This document shows, piece by piece, positions 50,501 through 58,257 of a stretch of 64,000 nt of DNA. The translations under genes were made by a program, and so were the position numbers. This stretch comes from Ostreococcus lucimarinus. Taxonomy: Eukaryota. Under the pieces are notes generated by a model. That model saw only the letters and a list, made by a program, of their open reading frames with translations. It was not told the origin of the DNA and searched no databases. Numbering within the stretch: position 1 is the stretch's first letter; each line of letters starts with the position of its first letter. The DNA lies in assembly GCA_000092065.1 (NCBI GenBank), contig CP000585.1; one strand, given 5' to 3'.

Positions 50501-51709
50501 GCGTGTAATACGCGCGACTCGCATTGTCGTGAGCGATGGTACGATGGTTCCTTTGCCAAACTTGATCGATAGCTCTCTATCCATGTCTTCGGTGAACACC
50601 GAACGAATCTCAATTGGGGTTTTGCGAGCGTTGAATATGTGCAAATACTTGGTGCTCTTGTCCCTCGCGCTTGCCAAATCTTTGAACTCGAAATGTTTCT
50701 CAACAACGTAAATCAAATCGCGCTGAGGTGTAACCGTGAACGGAATCCGCATGAGCGCGGATTCAGAGGTGATATTGAGCACCACTGTACCTTTGATACT
50801 CGTGCGCTTGTCATCCGTTCCAGCGAATTCATCTTTGCGAATTAATACGCGCAAGCGTAAAATCGGAGCGCGCTCGCCCGGAAGTAAATCCCACTTCCCT
50901 ACCTGCGAAACTCTATCGGCTTCGTTGATCACCTTTTGTGAGCGCACGCTCTCTTCGCTAATCTCAAACAACGCAGGCTCGAGAGTGACTTCTGGCGTCG
51001 TCGTGAATGCGCTCAAGATCGCGACTGATGCCGCAGTCGGATTATACATGACCAAATCGTACTCGACCGGCACGTCAAAGGGTACGCTTTCCTGCAACGC
51101 CGTAAACTCATACGGGCTCCTATACACCGTCGACGTCAGGAGCTGAACCAGCGGTCCCGCACTGGTGTTAAACAATAATGTGTTGCGAAATTGGCCAACC
51201 TGCTGCGGATTAAACCGCGCGTCGTACGCGCGCTTCTTCCCAGGCTCGATCCTCTCCCCCGGCTCGAAATCGTTCAAGTACCACCACGAACTATCCGTGG
51301 ACCATCCGTGCACGACGACATCTTCCGTTCCGAGATTCTCCAAGCGAACAGCCGTCTCAGTCTCGCGAAACAACGCCACGCCATCGCTCACGACGACGTT
51401 CGGCGTCGCCTTCGCGCACACCGCGTTGTCCGGCGTCGAGCAGCTCCCCGCCTTGGGCAGCCCGTTGGACATCTTGTACAGCGCCTTCAACGCGTCGCCG
51501 TCCGGCAGGCGTATCTTATGCATAAACTCGAACGTTCGGTCGGCCATGTCCGCGCCCGCGCCCGCGCACGACGGCGCGACGACGGCGAAGATCGCGAGGA
51601 CGATTCCGACGAAATCTAATCGCGACGCCAAAATCGTTTGACGCCGTCGCGTCGCGCGCGCGCGCGGCGTCGCACGAGACCCATCGAGAATCAGTCTGTG
51701 TTGTTTCAT
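47516..51709 (-). CDS. large type-I transmembrane protein (signal peptide, ~1000-aa beta-rich ectodomain, 1 TM, Ser/Arg/Asp-rich cytoplasmic tail); possibly TMEM131-like
   Basis: 1397-aa single ORF. Signal peptide 'VGIVLAIFAVVAPSCAGAGA' and one TM 'IYVRVVLALACIVVVYGTA'. The family guess is only from architecture. Confidence 0.4.
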   Translation of the reverse strand: MKQHRLILDGSRATPRARATRRRQTILASRLDFVGIVLAIFAVVAPSCAGAGADMADRTFEFMHKIRLPDGDALKALYKMSNGLPKAGSCSTPDNAVCAKATPNVVVSDGVALFRETETAVRLENLGTEDVVVHGWSTDSSWWYLNDFEPGERIEPGKKRAYDARFNPQQVGQFRNTLLFNTSAGPLVQLLTSTVYRSPYEFTALQESVPFDVPVEYDLVMYNPTAASVAILSAFTTTPEVTLEPALFEISEESVRSQKVINEADRVSQVGKWDLLPGERAPILRLRVLIRKDEFAGTDDKRTSIKGTVVLNITSESALMRIPFTVTPQRDLIYVVEKHFEFKDLASARDKSTKYLHIFNARKTPIEIRSVFTEDMDRELSIKFGKGTIVPSLTTMRVARITRTGSVEGNFHGVIRVHTNISSALLRVPYSAQVVHGSLTYDADQLIFQAPVGPFGDAVPTDSHIVKRKIQIKNTFTQAVKLRSWKLPVEDIISTGAQIVPLTHINEEVVSAGQSFTVEIEYRPKSFLTAMATTLSLLHNNTSTGTKIPVIVYSGELTVSSTVDFGVVGVGLKRKMRVKFTNHNPVVVEVNTMIIKGTRSVTGSMFSLNADASYRDVDVDVDEVFAIDDCIERSGSTCTQVVQGKLEPGATLDLQLTAAPTELEKLEKEGAELALTTSLGVKTATRLRLVSTDGKVFSEDGEIEVTVPVTELIQKDLIPIRREVMVHSTHGIPVAVSGNLETESDFLEFESIVDSTVHAGESSSIGVITFDTTRQRNELSHFAETARLKSWSNRFKKYKGAIEEDYLEESISKVDVRRLEKLHRSMKRLEEDGALTASGRVIFSSEAQNGHHTVEVRAKITFPRFLDVTSEDVNVLGTSEHVVIATKDVPTVISVKNPSTTRVLCLRVLPILTNSAPSRRWNGRQTQTLEQSLFQTNIRAARAYASVYENGLRQTSVDPGFVPNYKIDRGGVCLRPEQQIDVLSTVFDPRSRQTTYKAAVCIKNDDTLLECIELIGYSGTSVVETETPMSTSIYVRVVLALACIVVVYGTASRREIDSPAGSPRDAVQDEMFRRSAQEPCSVDDEDAEKATVDRIGEMIHGESSSSEAEREQIVDEPELEEPVSVAATQQSDDSALINHELTAVEKHKPPVDRILVQEPNRRKGKKENETTPRKKEKAETGRDKAKGSRSETDQKQRRARDKKSQQRVEAEKTQNVVTKPLGPVRLAPRSVFRKKTLSVASSDKATSHAGERGSPQAHFDMYNTMFSEAIGDDSYARRSEQGTPPGSVREYTTPPHSRPSSVRNYDMWAAPASSRGNGDMWSGDARSTTGLHSSNLFSFPSDGDGVRASTSLRDSEPFSPQSSTRSGWQSMLSQWEEREDRDEKSKSRSRDDSFSHS

Positions 51710-51814
51710 TTGACCGCGCGCGCGACGCCCGCGCGCGCGACGCCGACGCGTGGCGCTGTGCGGTTTGCGACGCGGCGTGTCGGTGAATCTTTCTTTTTTA
51801 CAGTGCTTCGAGCG

Positions 51815-52648
51815 CTAGCGCGCGCCGGTTCCGTCATTCATCGCGCGGCGTCGTTCTAGGGGCGTGCTATTTTTGAGACGTTTTTCTCGCGGACTCGTCG
51901 TGGTCTGGGTCGACGGGGAAGGCGCGGCGACGCGACGCGGTATTTCTCTGCGTTTGGACGTCGCCGCCGCTTTGGGCGTCGCCGGCGATTTGGACGTCGC
52001 CGGCGAGAACTCGGGGACGGCGGCAGAGCGCGAAGACCTACCGGTTTGAGCGTCCGAATCGCGCGGTGGTGTGGCTTGACCCAGTCGTTTCGCTCGTAAC
52101 TCCGTGCGTTTGGCGTTGACGTCGCGGGCGAACGATTCCACTTCGCGTTCCTTCGCGTTGGCCGCCTCGACGATGGCGTCGAAGCGTTCCGTGGCGGCGA
52201 CGAATTCGCGCGGTAACACCGGTTTCACCGCGCTCGGCAGGATCGACGTCCCCGATATGACGAGCGCCACGAGCGCGGCGCCCAAGATGTACGGCCCGAG
52301 CGCGATCGCCGTCGCGATCGCCAACGCCGCCGCCGCCTCCTCCGGATGCGTCGAGATTTCCTCCGCCGCGCGCTCCAAAAACTTGAGCGTCTCCACCGGA
52401 TGCGCGATCGCCGCGATCGCCCCCACCGCGACGAGCGACGGAAACAACAAAAACTTCCACGCCGCGTCGACCACGAGCGGGACGAGCCAAACCAGCGCCA
52501 GTCCGCACGCCGCCGCGAGCGCCGGGTGCGTCGACGCGTACGCGAGCGCCCCCAGCGCGTCGGCGCTCGACACATCCCCCACGACGCGCCCGTCCATCGC
52601 CCGCGCGACCGCCGACGCGACGCGTTCGTCGAGCGCGTACTCTTCCAT
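51815..52648 (-). CDS. hypothetical membrane protein (2 hydrophobic segments, C-terminal coiled coil)
   Basis: 'MEEYALDE..' ORF with segments 'LAAACGLALVWLVPLVV' and 'ALAIATAIALGPYILGAALVALVI'. The upstream part of the 571-aa ORF is low-complexity and overlaps the CRIPT-like gene on the other strand. Confidence 0.3.
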   Translation of the reverse strand: MEEYALDERVASAVARAMDGRVVGDVSSADALGALAYASTHPALAAACGLALVWLVPLVVDAAWKFLLFPSLVAVGAIAAIAHPVETLKFLERAAEEISTHPEEAAAALAIATAIALGPYILGAALVALVISGTSILPSAVKPVLPREFVAATERFDAIVEAANAKEREVESFARDVNAKRTELRAKRLGQATPPRDSDAQTGRSSRSAAVPEFSPATSKSPATPKAAATSKRREIPRRVAAPSPSTQTTTSPREKRLKNSTPLERRRAMNDGTGAR

Positions 52649-52883
52649 CCCACCGAGCGCGCGCGCGCGCGTCGGCGTCCCCGTACCGTCGTCGCCCCGT
52701 CGTCGCCGCGTCGTCGCGCGCGTCATCCGTCGTCGGCCCAGCGCCCGCGCGCCGTCGCGCGCCGACGTCCGCGCGCGCGCGCGCGCGGCGCGCGTTCGCG
52801 CGATCGCCATCGCGCGCCGTCGCCGCGGCGAGGCGTCGCGCGCGCCGCGCTGTCCGGTCGTCGCATCGCGACGCGCGGGCGAA

Positions 52884-53717
52884 ATGGTGTGCGCGGCGTG
52901 CGAGCGAAAGCGACGCGCGCGCGGCGACGACGCGCTCGTGCACAGCCGACCGATGTCGCGGCGGGACCTCGCGCTCGAAGGCGCGCGCGCGCTCGACGCG
53001 CGAAGGCCGGTGAACGAGAACAAGGCGCTCGCGGCGATGCGACGGACGCCGTACGGCCGACCGGGCGAGCGACGCGCGACGTGCGCGGTGTGCCGGTGCG
53101 CGCTGCGGGACGGTGGGACGCACTGTAACGCGTGCGCGTACGCGAGAGGGGTGTGCTCGGGGTGCGGGGTGAAGATTATGGACGTGAGCGCGTACAACGG
53201 GCACGACGCGGCGGCGACGACGACGACGAACGCGAGGGACGCGGCGGCGAGCGTGAGGGATCGCGCGGACGTGAGCACGGAGGACGTCGAGCGGAAGGAG
53301 GCGGTGAAGACGAGGGCGAGAGTAGGGACGAAGGCGACGGCGATGGCGAAGGAGGAGGACGAGGACGAGGACGAGGGCGAAGACGCGGCGGAGGCGGAGG
53401 CGGAGGCGGAGACGCGCGCGCCGCCCGCGACGTCGACGGCGTTGGCCGGACCGACGAGCGCGGCGGACGCGGCGCGAGAGATGGGACAGGCGGCGAACGG
53501 GGGTGAGGTGAGCGCGTGGCGGTTGGACACGAAGAGTGGGTACTATTACGACGTCGCCGCGCAGGTGTATTACGATCCAAAGACGGGCGGGTACTTTGAC
53601 TGTAAGACGCAGCAGTGGACGATGCCGGAGAAAAAGACCAGCAGCGAGATCCAGAAAGGAATTAAAACCGGGTCGTTCAAGGATGGCACGCGGAAACCCG
53701 ACAGATTCGGGCTTTGA
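52884..53717 (+). CDS. CRIPT: CRIPT-like cysteine-rich protein with C-terminal acidic linker and OCRE-like Tyr-rich motif
   Basis: 'MVCAACERK..NENKALAAMRRTPYG..CAVCRCALRDGGTHCNACAYARGVCSGCGVKIMDV' is colinear with human CRIPT ('MVCEKCEKK..NENKAL..CRICK..HYCQGCAYKKGICAMCGKK'). The ORF then continues ~170 aa to '..SGYYYDVAAQVYYDPKTGGYFD..'. Confidence 0.55.
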   Translation: MVCAACERKRRARGDDALVHSRPMSRRDLALEGARALDARRPVNENKALAAMRRTPYGRPGERRATCAVCRCALRDGGTHCNACAYARGVCSGCGVKIMDVSAYNGHDAAATTTTNARDAAASVRDRADVSTEDVERKEAVKTRARVGTKATAMAKEEDEDEDEGEDAAEAEAEAETRAPPATSTALAGPTSAADAAREMGQAANGGEVSAWRLDTKSGYYYDVAAQVYYDPKTGGYFDCKTQQWTMPEKKTSSEIQKGIKTGSFKDGTRKPDRFGL

Positions 53718-53779
53718 GTCTTCCGTCTCGTCTAATCAAAAACGTTTGTATTATAATACTGTCCTCGCGGGAGCAACTT

Positions 53780-54682
53780 TTACGCGCAGTTCGTCATGAG
53801 CCATTCGACGCACTCCTGAACATCGCCGCCGCACGTGTCGAGCGCATCGAGGCAATTCTTTCGTGCAAATCCCATGTTCATCAGCATCTCCACCGGACCA
53901 TCGCTCTCGACGACGGCGATGGTTTCGTACGCCGCGTCGTCGTCGCTGTCGTCGGTTTTGGATTTCTTGTTCCCTCGCTTCACCGGCGTCTTCGTCGCGC
54001 GTTTCGCGGCCGGGGCCGGGGTCTTTTTCGCCTTATTCTCTGCGGTGGTGGCGGCGGTCGTGGCTGCTTCGTTCAGTTGCACGCGCAAATTCTCGACGCG
54101 ACTGCGAAGCGCCTTGAGCATGGCAATCTTCTGCGACTTGTTCAACCCTTCCGGCGACAACGTCGTCGCGTCCGCCTTCACGATCGTCTTCGCCTCGGCC
54201 GGCACGATATCATTCTTCCCCATGTATCTCTGCGCCCCGAGCGCGGCCGCGCGCGGCGGCGCGGGGAGTTCAATCGCCTCCACCTCTTCCTCCGACAGCC
54301 CGTATTTTTTCAAATTTTCCTCTCGCAGCTCCTTGAGCGCCTCCTTCGCTCGAATCCCCCCTTGATTCGTGATCAACCCATTCTTCCGCGTCACGTCCGT
54401 CAGCGCGTCGTTATCCATTCTGATCCGATCGACGTCCAATTTCATCCCCGAATACGCCGCCAGCGACTGTATCCCGAGCAACCGTTGCGTCTGTCCGTTC
54501 AGCTGTTGAATCTGCTTCCCCGGCAGCACGCCGCTGTCGACGATCTGCACCCACTTCCCGATCCCAAACTTCTTCAGGCACTGTCGCAGCGCGTACGCCT
54601 CATCCTTCGTCCATCCCGGGCTCGGCGTGAAGTTCCACAGCGACCGCGCGTCGCCAATCTTCGGTCCGGCGCCCTCCGCCAT
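53780..54682 (-). CDS. Myb/SANT-like domain protein with C-terminal UBA domain
   Basis: From ATG 54682: 'WTKDEAYALRQCLKKFGIGKWVQIV' (SANT/Myb-like), a coiled middle, a K-rich linker, and the terminal UBA-like 'MLMNMGFARKNCLDALDTCGGDVQECVEWLM'. Confidence 0.4.
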   Translation of the reverse strand: MAEGAGPKIGDARSLWNFTPSPGWTKDEAYALRQCLKKFGIGKWVQIVDSGVLPGKQIQQLNGQTQRLLGIQSLAAYSGMKLDVDRIRMDNDALTDVTRKNGLITNQGGIRAKEALKELREENLKKYGLSEEEVEAIELPAPPRAAALGAQRYMGKNDIVPAEAKTIVKADATTLSPEGLNKSQKIAMLKALRSRVENLRVQLNEAATTAATTAENKAKKTPAPAAKRATKTPVKRGNKKSKTDDSDDDAAYETIAVVESDGPVEMLMNMGFARKNCLDALDTCGGDVQECVEWLMTNCA

Positions 54683-54884
54683 CGCGTCGTCGCCCGTCGC
54701 GCGTCCCCGTTCGAGCCTTCGCGCGCGGTCGCGCCGTTCCCTCGTCTGTCGCGCGCTATCCCGCGCGGCGTCGAGTCGCGCCTCACGCGCGCGTCGTCGC
54801 GCACTCGCGAGCGCGCGTCGTCGCGCGCGTCGTCGTGTGCGAAGGATCGTTTTCAAATCCCACCGAAACGCCCGCAGACGGCAG

Positions 54885-55397
54885 ATGGCGACGCGCGCGG
54901 GCGCCGCGGACGCGCGCGTCGCGGTCCCGCGCGCGCGTCGGTCGACGCGCGCGTCTCGCGCGCGCGCGAAGGCGCGTCGCGGCGACGAAACGCGCCGCGC
55001 GTCGACGCTGTTCGGGGACGAAACGCGCGGAAGCGTCGACGCCGACCAAGCCTGGGTCGCCGGCATGGTGCGATTTTGGCTCGACGAGGAGTGGGAGCGC
55101 GGCGCGACGATCAATCGCGACATCGGCGTCGCCGCGGGCGCGAGCTACGCGAGGTGCGTGGCGCAGATGGCGCGCGAGGGCGAGGACGAGGTGCTGCAGC
55201 GACTCGTCATGGCGCTCGCCGCGGATCTCGCGGATTTCGACTTCGCCGACAGCTTCGTGAGCGCGTTCGAGGTGGCGAACAAAGTGATCGAGATGTTGAT
55301 GCTGCGCGCGGGCGTTGACGTGTGCTGCGTGGGCGAGGATGACATCACGCGGGCGGCGCGGTACGAGGCGACGTTGGAGTCGAGGCGCGACGACTAG
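54885..55397 (+). CDS. hypothetical small protein with Arg-rich presequence
   Basis: 170 aa from ATG 54885. It is divergent from the SANT-UBA gene. No family recognised. Confidence 0.3.
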   Translation: MATRAGAADARVAVPRARRSTRASRARAKARRGDETRRASTLFGDETRGSVDADQAWVAGMVRFWLDEEWERGATINRDIGVAAGASYARCVAQMAREGEDEVLQRLVMALAADLADFDFADSFVSAFEVANKVIEMLMLRAGVDVCCVGEDDITRAARYEATLESRRDD

Positions 55398-55600
55398 ACT
55401 GTGATTTATAAACGCGCGCGTCGATTGATTGATTGATTTGATTGATGATTTATTTCGGCGCGTTCGCGTGATTCGTCGTCGATCGTCTCGCGCGGCGCAA
55501 CGACGACTAGACTGTGATTTGTAAACGCGCGCGTTGATTTGATTGATTTATTTCGGCGCGTTCGCGTGATTCGTCGTCGATCGTCTCGCGCGGGACAACG
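55390..55600 (+). repeat. ~110-bp intergenic tandem duplication (2 copies, second with a small deletion) between gene 54885..55397 and STT3
   Basis: Copy 1 'gacgactagactgtgatttataaacgcgcgcgtcgattgattgattgatttgattgatgatttatttcggcgcgttcgcgtgattcgtcgtcgatcgtctcgcgcgg..'. It is repeated from 55500 as 'cgacgactagactgtgatttgtaaacgcgcgcgttgatttgattgatttatttcggcgcgttcgcgtgattcgtcgtcgatcgtctcgcgcgg..'. Copy 1 includes the upstream gene's stop codon. Confidence 0.85.
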
Positions 55601-55628
55601 TCGCGCGGCGACTCGACGCGAGCCAGCG

Positions 55629-57956
55629 ATGCAGCGCTTGATCGATCTCTCGCTCGGTGGGTTCGTGCGCGCGATCGCGCTCGCGATCGCCGTCTACGCC
55701 GCCGTCGACATTCGTCTGTACGCGGTTCGAGATTACGGAAGGATCATCCACGAGTTCGACCCGTGGTTTAATTATCGCGCCACGGTGTACTTGGCGGACA
55801 ACGGATGGAGTAAATTCAAGACGTGGTTCGATTACATGTCGTGGTACCCGCTGGGACGGCCCGTGGGGACGACGATTTATCCCGGGATGCAGATCACGGC
55901 GGTGTTTCTCTGGCGCGTCTTCAACGCGATCGGGTTAAAGATGTCGTTGAATGACGTCTGTGTGTTCTTCCCGGCGTACTTCGCGGCGGTGGCGACGTTC
56001 TTAGTCGCGCTGTTGACGAAGGAGTGCAGTGGAAGCGGCACGGGAGCGGTGGTGGCGGCGTTGGTGATGGCGATCGTGCCGGCGCACACGATGCGATCCG
56101 TAGCGGGCGGTTACGATAACGAATCTTTGGCCGTCACGGCGATGTGCCTGACGTTTTACACGTGGTGCCGCGCTTTGAGAACCCCGAAATCTTGGTGGGT
56201 CGGTGGATTGGCTGGTTTGGCGTACACATACATGGTCGCCGCTTGGGGCGGGTACACGTTCGTGCTCAACATGGTTGGTTTGCACGCCGCCGTGCTCGTG
56301 CTGTACAAGCGTTACAGCTCTTCGCTGTATAAGGCGTACTCGTTATTCTTTGTGGTAGGTACGATCGGGGCGCTTCAGTTTCCCGTCGTCGGTACGCTTC
56401 CTTTCACGTCCGCGGAACAACTCGGACCCATGGGAGTGTTCCTCGGTTTCCAAGTGTTGGAGTTTGTCGAGCGCACGATGAAGCCGGGTATGGAGTCGCG
56501 CGAAAAGTGGCAGCGACGCATTCGGATGTACACATTGGCTTTCGCCGCCGCCATCGGCGCGATAACAGTGCTCAGCGCCACTGGTGTCTACAACATTAAC
56601 GGCTTGTCCGTGCGCGTGAAGAGCTTATTCATCAAGCACACGAAGACCGGTAATCCGCTCGTTGATAGCGTTGCCGAGCATCAGCCGGGTAACGCCGACT
56701 CGTATTACCGATTCTTACACTTCAATTATTTCATCGCCCCGATCGGGTTCTGTTTCTCTGTCGTGCACTTTATGTTTGACGGTTCCGCGGGCGCCTTGTT
56801 CTTGCCGTTATACGGCTTGGTGGCGTACTACTTCGCTAACCGCATGGTCCGTCTCATCATCTTCCTCGGCCCCGTTGCGGCGTGCTTGGTTGGTGTGTGC
56901 ATCGGATACGCCATTGAAGACGCGCTTAGCATCATGCGGAACGACGACATCGAGCAAGCTGAGACGCCGTCAGAAACCGAGACGCCAAAGTCGGCGAAGA
57001 AGAAGTCGAAACAAGCCGCGTACAAGAAGCCCGAACCCTTGAGCGTTACGGTCAAGAGAGACATGACAAAGTGGTGGATGTCGTCCACGGTTCGCCAAAT
57101 TCGCTTGATCGTCACTGTCCTTGCTTTGGTGTTCACGTCGACCAAGATTCCAGTCTTCTACAAGTACTCGCACCAAATGGCGGAGGGCATGTCTCAGCCG
57201 AGCATCATGTTCAAAGGTCAGCTCAATGATGGCAGAACTGTGATGGTCAAGGATTACGTCGAGGCTTACGACTGGTTGCGAACGCAAACCCCCGAAGACG
57301 CTCGCGTCATGGCGTGGTGGGACTACGGCTACCAAATCACTGGAATTGGTAACCGAACGTCCATCGCAGACGGTAACACGTGGAATCATGAGCACATCGC
57401 TAACCTCGCTCGCATGTTGACCTCGGACGAAGCTAAAGCGCATAAGGTCATTCGACACTTGGCCGATTACGTGCTTGTTTGGGCGGGCGGTGGAGGAGAC
57501 GACATGGCCAAGAGCCCTCACCTTTTCCGCATCGGCGCTTCCATCGGGAGCGGCCGCGCCACGGCGGTGGAGATGGAGAAGATTACGAGTACTTTTGGCG
57601 TCGATCGATCTGGTCGTCCGACGCCCAAAATGGCGTCGTCTTTGCTCTTCAAGCTCGTTTCCCCTCAAGGCTCCGTCAGTCCGGAGCACTTCCGAGAAGT
57701 GTACACGTCCAAGTATCGCAAGGTTCGCATTTACGAAGTCGTCAACGTAGACGAAGGTTCCAAGGCTTGGGTCGCTGATCCCGCCAACCGCATGTGCGAT
57801 AACGCCGACGGAACTGGATTCTGCCCGGGTGCTTACCCGCCGGCGTTGAAAAAGTTCCCGAGCATCATCAAGCCGGCGTACAAAGTTCCCGCCTGGATCA
57901 AAGCCAAGCGCGCAGCCGCCAAGTCCGCCAAATCCGCGGCAAAGGACGAGCTTTAA
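55629..57956 (+). CDS. STT3: dolichyl-diphosphooligosaccharide-protein glycosyltransferase catalytic subunit STT3
   Basis: 'YGRIIHEFDPWFNYRAT', 'WYPLGRPVGTTIYPGM', 'WWDYGYQITGIGNRTSIADGNTWNHEHIA' (WWDYG motif) and 'DYVLVWAGGG'. The track ORF begins at a TTG inside the upstream tandem duplication. The first ATG is at about 55629; one codon of uncertainty remains between my reading and the track translation. Confidence 0.9.
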   Translation: MQRLIDLSLGGFVRAIALAIAVYAAVDIRLYAVRDYGRIIHEFDPWFNYRATVYLADNGWSKFKTWFDYMSWYPLGRPVGTTIYPGMQITAVFLWRVFNAIGLKMSLNDVCVFFPAYFAAVATFLVALLTKECSGSGTGAVVAALVMAIVPAHTMRSVAGGYDNESLAVTAMCLTFYTWCRALRTPKSWWVGGLAGLAYTYMVAAWGGYTFVLNMVGLHAAVLVLYKRYSSSLYKAYSLFFVVGTIGALQFPVVGTLPFTSAEQLGPMGVFLGFQVLEFVERTMKPGMESREKWQRRIRMYTLAFAAAIGAITVLSATGVYNINGLSVRVKSLFIKHTKTGNPLVDSVAEHQPGNADSYYRFLHFNYFIAPIGFCFSVVHFMFDGSAGALFLPLYGLVAYYFANRMVRLIIFLGPVAACLVGVCIGYAIEDALSIMRNDDIEQAETPSETETPKSAKKKSKQAAYKKPEPLSVTVKRDMTKWWMSSTVRQIRLIVTVLALVFTSTKIPVFYKYSHQMAEGMSQPSIMFKGQLNDGRTVMVKDYVEAYDWLRTQTPEDARVMAWWDYGYQITGIGNRTSIADGNTWNHEHIANLARMLTSDEAKAHKVIRHLADYVLVWAGGGGDDMAKSPHLFRIGASIGSGRATAVEMEKITSTFGVDRSGRPTPKMASSLLFKLVSPQGSVSPEHFREVYTSKYRKVRIYEVVNVDEGSKAWVADPANRMCDNADGTGFCPGAYPPALKKFPSIIKPAYKVPAWIKAKRAAAKSAKSAAKDEL

Positions 57957-58257
57957 TCAATTGACACACACTTCGCAGTATTGGTGACGCGTAGTCAGAT
58001 TTAGATGAATCCGCGCCCACGCGGCGCGGTGCATTGTAGACATCAACAATTAGGCATCGCTCAACGCGGCGACCGAAAAAGCGCATCTGAGATTCCTCCA
58101 AACGACACATCAACACTCTCGCGCGCGCTTCGCACGCCGCACGCATCGCGTTCTCGTCGGATTATTCGCGAGCGCGCGTTCCGTGGTTCAGTGCGCGCGC
58201 GCGACGCGTACGGCGCGCGCGACGCGTACGGCGCGCGAAGCCGCGACCAATCCAAAA

